Shown: in pieces, positions 15,520 through 19,437 of the stretch
Layout of the letters: every line of letters starts with the position of its first letter
Position numbering within the stretch: position 1 is the first letter of the stretch
NCBI GenBank assembly: GCA_045863855.1
Contig: BTVV01000116.1
Coordinates: forward strand, 1 to 19,437
From: Planctomycetota bacterium
GTDB lineage: Bacteria; Planctomycetota; SZUA-567; H5-PLA8
Direction of reading: 5' to 3'
DNA length: 19,437 bases
Program-made: the position numbers and the translations under genes
The notes under the pieces: model-generated
Told to the model about the DNA's origin: nothing
What the model saw: only the letters and a program-made list of their open reading frames with translations
Databases searched by the model: none

Positions 15520-18183
15520 ATGACGTACCCGGCAGGCCGCACGCCTACGTGCGCCGCGCAAGCGCGGCGTCGTCCCACGAAACCTGGGCTCTTCGCGGGC
15601 GCGCTCCTGGCGCTTTGGGCCGGTCCGGCCCTGACCCAGGATCTTACGGCTCCCGCGCTGCCGACCGACGACTCGCCTCCGCCTCGCGTTACCCGCCAGC
15701 CCAAGCCGCAACCGGCCGCGGTCGCTCCCACGGCCCCCGCGGAAGCGAAACCCGCCGCGGCGTGGCTCGACGATCCTGGCGCCGCGCCCAAGCCCGCCAC
15801 CCAACCCGCTGCCACGGCCGTGCCCGAAGCCGAACCCCGGACAGAACCCCTCGCGGCCGTGCCGGCCGCTCAGCCCGCTGCGCCGGACGCGCAAGCTCCG
15901 GCCGCCCGCCGCTGGCTCGACGATCCCCAGGAACCTCGGCCGGCGCTGGACCCCATGCCGCCGGCGCCAGCCGAGATCGACGGCAACGGGCGGACGATGG
16001 AACAACGCCGCCAAGCGATGCAGGAATACTTCCGGGCGATGTGCAAGCAGGCCGAACGCGCCTACGACAAGAAGGACTACGAGCGCGCCGCGGCCATCGC
16101 GCGCAACGTGCTGACGGCCGACCCGCGCCATCCGGTGGCCATCGAAATCCTGCGCAAGGCCCACCAGAAGATCGCCAACGCGGATGCCGAAGTCACCCGC
16201 GCGGCCGCCGAACGCCGCGAACACGACGCGCTACTGGAAGCCGAAGAGCATTCCGTACGCCCGCCGGTGCGCGTACCCGAAGCGCGCCCTCGCTTTCCGC
16301 TTCGAGATGACGATCCGGGCACCGAACGCCGCAAAACTATGGAAGAACGCCTGGGCCAGCGCGTCACGGTCGACTTCATGAAGGCCGACCTGGAGTGGGT
16401 GCTCAATACGCTCTTCATCCTGACCGGCGTGAATATCATCGCCGACCCGGCTGCGCTGGAAGGCAAGACGCTGACCCTGCATGTCGAAGAACTGCCGCTG
16501 CGCGAAGTCCTGAACTTCATCGTACGCAACAACGATGGGATCCAGTATTCGGTCACCGAAGACGCGATCTGGATAACCGCGACCAGTTCATCGGACCTCA
16601 AGAAGCTGATGTTCCCCAAGGTGTATCCTTTGCATCATGGCTTGGTGCAGACAAAGGAGCCTTCGGGCGGCGGGCGCAGCGGCCGCGGCGGGGGCGGAGG
16701 GGGCAATCAAGGCGGCGGCCGCGGAGGCCAGGGCGGCGGGCAGCAAGGAGGCGGCCAAGGCGGCGGGCAGGGCGCGGCGGGGGAACGCACCTACCTGGAG
16801 TCGGTCCTGAAGCACCTCAAGGACACCAAGGACCCGCAGACCTTCCCCGAAGGCTCGGAATACTTCATCGACTTGCAGTCGAACAACCTGCTGGTTTTCT
16901 CGACCCCAGCCGGGCATGCCAAAGTCAAAGAGTTGCTCGACGTCTTCGACCAGCCGGCGATCCAGGTGCTGATCAAGGCGCGCTTCCTTGAGGTGAGCAC
17001 CGAAGACAACAAGGCGCTGGGTGTGAACCTCGACAACGTGGCTACGCGGCTGACGCCCACCGACGACTCCGGAAATCCGGCCACCGGCGCGACGATTCGC
17101 GATCCGTTCCGCGCGTTCGCTCTGGCCGCCAACACCCAGACCAACCTGCCGGGCACGCTCGGACAGGGCCTGCTCTTCAGCATCACCGGCCGGCGCACCG
17201 ATCCGCAATTCGGCATCACGGTCAACGCGCTGCTCAACAATCGCAATACGCGCATCCTCAGCGAGCCGCAGATCCTGGCGATCAACAATAAACCGGCGAT
17301 CATCGACGTAATTCGGCGCTTCAGTTACATCACCGATTACCGAGAGATCACCACCACCACCACGGCCAACGACAGCCCCGCAACACAGAATATCGCCGCG
17401 CTGGTGCCGGAGTTCGACGAAGAAGAGCTGGGCTTCACGCTCGTGGCTACGCCCTCGGTGGGCCGCGACATGAAGACCATCAACCTGAATCTGGCTCCGA
17501 TCATCGACAGCTTGGGCGAAGGCCAGCAGTTCACGGACTTCAGCGATTTCTCGGTCATCAGCGGCGACGAACTGGCGCAGCAGTCGATCAAGCAGCCGAT
17601 CATCGACGAGACCAGCCTGGAGACGGACGTGGTGCTGGAGGACAACGGCTACGTGATCCTGGGCGGCCTGATCCGCAATCGATACGAGACGGTGGAGCGC
17701 AAGATTCCCGGGCTGCACCGCATGCCGTACCTCGGCCACCTCTTCAAGTCGAAGAGCACGGCCAAGACGACCAGCAACTTGGTGATCATCGTGGAAGCGC
17801 AGATCATTTCGGCGCGCGGCCGGACCTACCACACCGAACCGGTCCCGGACGACGTGGACATCCGCGAAGGCGGGCATCCGCGCGCGCCCGGCCAGACCGT
17901 GCCGCTCGTACGGCCCAAGCCCGTGACTCGCGCGTTGGGCTTGCCGGACGAAGTTCCGGCCGAACCCGAAGCGCCCGCGCCGCGCGAAGAAGGCCGCCGT
18001 AACGAACCGGCGGATCAGCGCCAGCGCGCTTCCGCTTCCCGGGAAGCCGGGACGTGGGCCGTGGCGTCAGAAGAAGGCCCGCGCGAAGAAGCGCCCGCCA
18101 CCGCGCAACCTGCGGCCCGCGAGAAGCGTCCTAACGATACGGCCTCGGCGCGAGCGACGGTGGTCGATCCGGATGCGCCGTAA
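15520..18183 (+). CDS. Outer-membrane secretin (GspD/PilQ family)
   Basis: Signal peptide and N0-like region (VTVDF..ADL..VL..L...TGVNII). Secretin core: 'QVLIKARFLEV', 'ILSEPQILAINNKPA.I' and 'V.LEDNG.VILGGLI.....VERKIPGL..MPYLG.LF.S......NLVI'. Confidence 0.92.
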   Translation: MTYPAGRTPTCAAQARRRPTKPGLFAGALLALWAGPALTQDLTAPALPTDDSPPPRVTRQPKPQPAAVAPTAPAEAKPAAAWLDDPGAAPKPATQPAATAVPEAEPRTEPLAAVPAAQPAAPDAQAPAARRWLDDPQEPRPALDPMPPAPAEIDGNGRTMEQRRQAMQEYFRAMCKQAERAYDKKDYERAAAIARNVLTADPRHPVAIEILRKAHQKIANADAEVTRAAAERREHDALLEAEEHSVRPPVRVPEARPRFPLRDDDPGTERRKTMEERLGQRVTVDFMKADLEWVLNTLFILTGVNIIADPAALEGKTLTLHVEELPLREVLNFIVRNNDGIQYSVTEDAIWITATSSSDLKKLMFPKVYPLHHGLVQTKEPSGGGRSGRGGGGGGNQGGGRGGQGGGQQGGGQGGGQGAAGERTYLESVLKHLKDTKDPQTFPEGSEYFIDLQSNNLLVFSTPAGHAKVKELLDVFDQPAIQVLIKARFLEVSTEDNKALGVNLDNVATRLTPTDDSGNPATGATIRDPFRAFALAANTQTNLPGTLGQGLLFSITGRRTDPQFGITVNALLNNRNTRILSEPQILAINNKPAIIDVIRRFSYITDYREITTTTTANDSPATQNIAALVPEFDEEELGFTLVATPSVGRDMKTINLNLAPIIDSLGEGQQFTDFSDFSVISGDELAQQSIKQPIIDETSLETDVVLEDNGYVILGGLIRNRYETVERKIPGLHRMPYLGHLFKSKSTAKTTSNLVIIVEAQIISARGRTYHTEPVPDDVDIREGGHPRAPGQTVPLVRPKPVTRALGLPDEVPAEPEAPAPREEGRRNEPADQRQRASASREAGTWAVASEEGPREEAPATAQPAAREKRPNDTASARATVVDPDAP

Positions 18184-18307
18184 GCACGCACGAGTGCGGC
18201 CGGGCTCGCAGAATTCCCGAGCGAGTATTCGAGACCCCGGCGGCCTCCTGGCGGTTAGCATGTCTATAGCGCACGCGAAACCGCGGCGGTAACTTTCGAG
18301 GCGGACC

Positions 18308-19437
18308 ATGGCCAGAGCGACGGGCATCGATATCGGCGGAGAAGCCCTGCGCGGGGTGGTCATCGAAGCCGCCAAAGGCAAGCTGCAGGTCGTCTCCGCC
18401 GGAACCATGCCCCTGGGCGAGATCGGGCTGATGCCCGACAGCGAAGATAAGCGCCTGGCCATCGCCGAAAAGCTCAAGGAACTGGTCCAGGGCGCGGGCC
18501 TCAAGGCCCCCATGCGCCGCCTTTCCTTGCCCATCCACGAAGCCGAACTGCGCTACCTGACCGTTCCGCCGGTTCCGCCGTGGCGTCTGGAGATGCTCGC
18601 GAAATACGAAGTCGAGGAACGCTCCAGCGACAAGGACACGCGAACCTTCGATTTCCGCATTCTCGACGTACCGGACATCGGCGGCCAGTACACGGTGCTG
18701 GTGGGCTGCTGCGCCGAACGCGCGGCGCGCTGGGCGCTGGAGTTGGGCCGCACCTCGAAGGCCGGCGAAGTGGAAGTCGACCTGCCCGCGCTGGCGTTGT
18801 ACAACGCGTACTACCACGGGCACGGCTTCGAGCCCGACAAGACCGCGCTGATCGTCGACATCGGCTCCCAGCATATCACCGCGCTGCTGGTCAAAGGCGG
18901 GAGCCTGTTTCTGGCGCGCACGTTCATCGGCGGGAGCCGCCGCTTTTCGGAAGTGCTCGCCGACGCGTTGCGCGCGACGATCCTCGAAGCCGACGAACTG
19001 AAGAAGAGCGAAGCCGAGATCCTGTTCGACATCGCTCCGGCTCCGTCGACAGGCGCGGCGCGTTCGCCGCGTCTGACGCGGATGATCCAGGGCCGCCTGA
19101 CGCGGCGCATCCCCAAGGAAGGCTCGTCGCCCGGCGGCCCGGAAGGCGGCGACGCCGAGATGCCGAACGGCTTGCAGGACGATCTGGCGCCATCGCCGGT
19201 TATTCGAGTCGGCAAGCCGGGCAATCCCGAACCCGAGATCATGGCGCTGGACGATACCGATGCGCCGCCGGCCCCTTCGAGCCCGGAACCCGCTCCCGAA
19301 TCCTCACCGGCTGAAGACCACAAAGAGCGCCGCCGCCGCACCATCTCCATGGCTCTGGTGCGCGAAGCCGCGGCGCTCTGCTCGCAACTCGAAAACATCG
19401 TCACGCACTGCCGCACCACCTACAAATTGCGCGATTT
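18308..19437 (+). CDS. pilM: Type IV pilus assembly protein PilM (actin-like), 3' truncated by window
   Basis: Not in the ORF track because it has no stop in the window. ATG 18308 follows GAGG. Translation MARATGIDIGGEALRGV...FDFRIL...ALYNAY...ALIVDIGSQH.......G.L.L.R....G...F...LA.......EA..LK matches the PilM/FtsA-like pattern. Confidence 0.88.
   Translation, partial: MARATGIDIGGEALRGVVIEAAKGKLQVVSAGTMPLGEIGLMPDSEDKRLAIAEKLKELVQGAGLKAPMRRLSLPIHEAELRYLTVPPVPPWRLEMLAKYEVEERSSDKDTRTFDFRILDVPDIGGQYTVLVGCCAERAARWALELGRTSKAGEVEVDLPALALYNAYYHGHGFEPDKTALIVDIGSQHITALLVKGGSLFLARTFIGGSRRFSEVLADALRATILEADELKKSEAEILFDIAPAPSTGAARSPRLTRMIQGRLTRRIPKEGSSPGGPEGGDAEMPNGLQDDLAPSPVIRVGKPGNPEPEIMALDDTDAPPAPSSPEPAPESSPAEDHKERRRRTISMALVREAAALCSQLENIVTHCRTTYKLRD

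Noticed and set aside
12645..17877. Long alternative-frame ORFs (12645..14390, 15097..16224, 16588..17877)
   Set aside because: They overlap well-supported genes, and their Arg/Gly/Ala-rich or antisense-type composition indicates non-coding frames.
18580..19419. ORFs 18580..19314 (+) and 18811..19419 (-)
   Set aside because: The real gene is pilM in another frame from 18308, missed by the track because it has no stop in the window.

Overview
High-GC (roughly 65% by eye) bacterial chromosomal window, densely coding, with no rRNA, tRNA, CRISPR array or transposase. In order it holds: the 3' end of a LarA/lactate-racemase-family gene coupled to a Tam-like methyltransferase (+); a delta-9-type fatty acid desaturase and a PPi-dependent phosphofructokinase (-), separated by a ~420-nt structured intergenic region; and a divergent RlmJ-like methyltransferase (+). 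Next is a minus-strand run of sixA, an ArgA-like GNAT, ppa, yjbQ, a MoaD/ThiS ubiquitin-like protein, a BNR beta-propeller and an internally deleted low-GC ADP-ribosylglycohydrolase pseudogene. Then come exported HEAT-vWA and TPR proteins and a CE7 acetyl xylan esterase (+), and a transglutaminase-like/TPR protein (-). After a ~400-nt intergenic region holding a 6S-RNA-like candidate, the window ends in the start of a type IV pilus/T2SS-like locus: a signal peptidase I homologue lacking both canonical catalytic residues, an unusual secretin, and a PilM with a large insertion that runs off the window. The most interesting observations are the pseudo/swapped-dyad S26 peptidase heading the secretin-PilM locus, the two candidate structured RNAs, and the ubiquitin-like protein/beta-propeller/ADP-ribosylhydrolase cluster. 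All calls come from motif recognition by eye; no searches were run.
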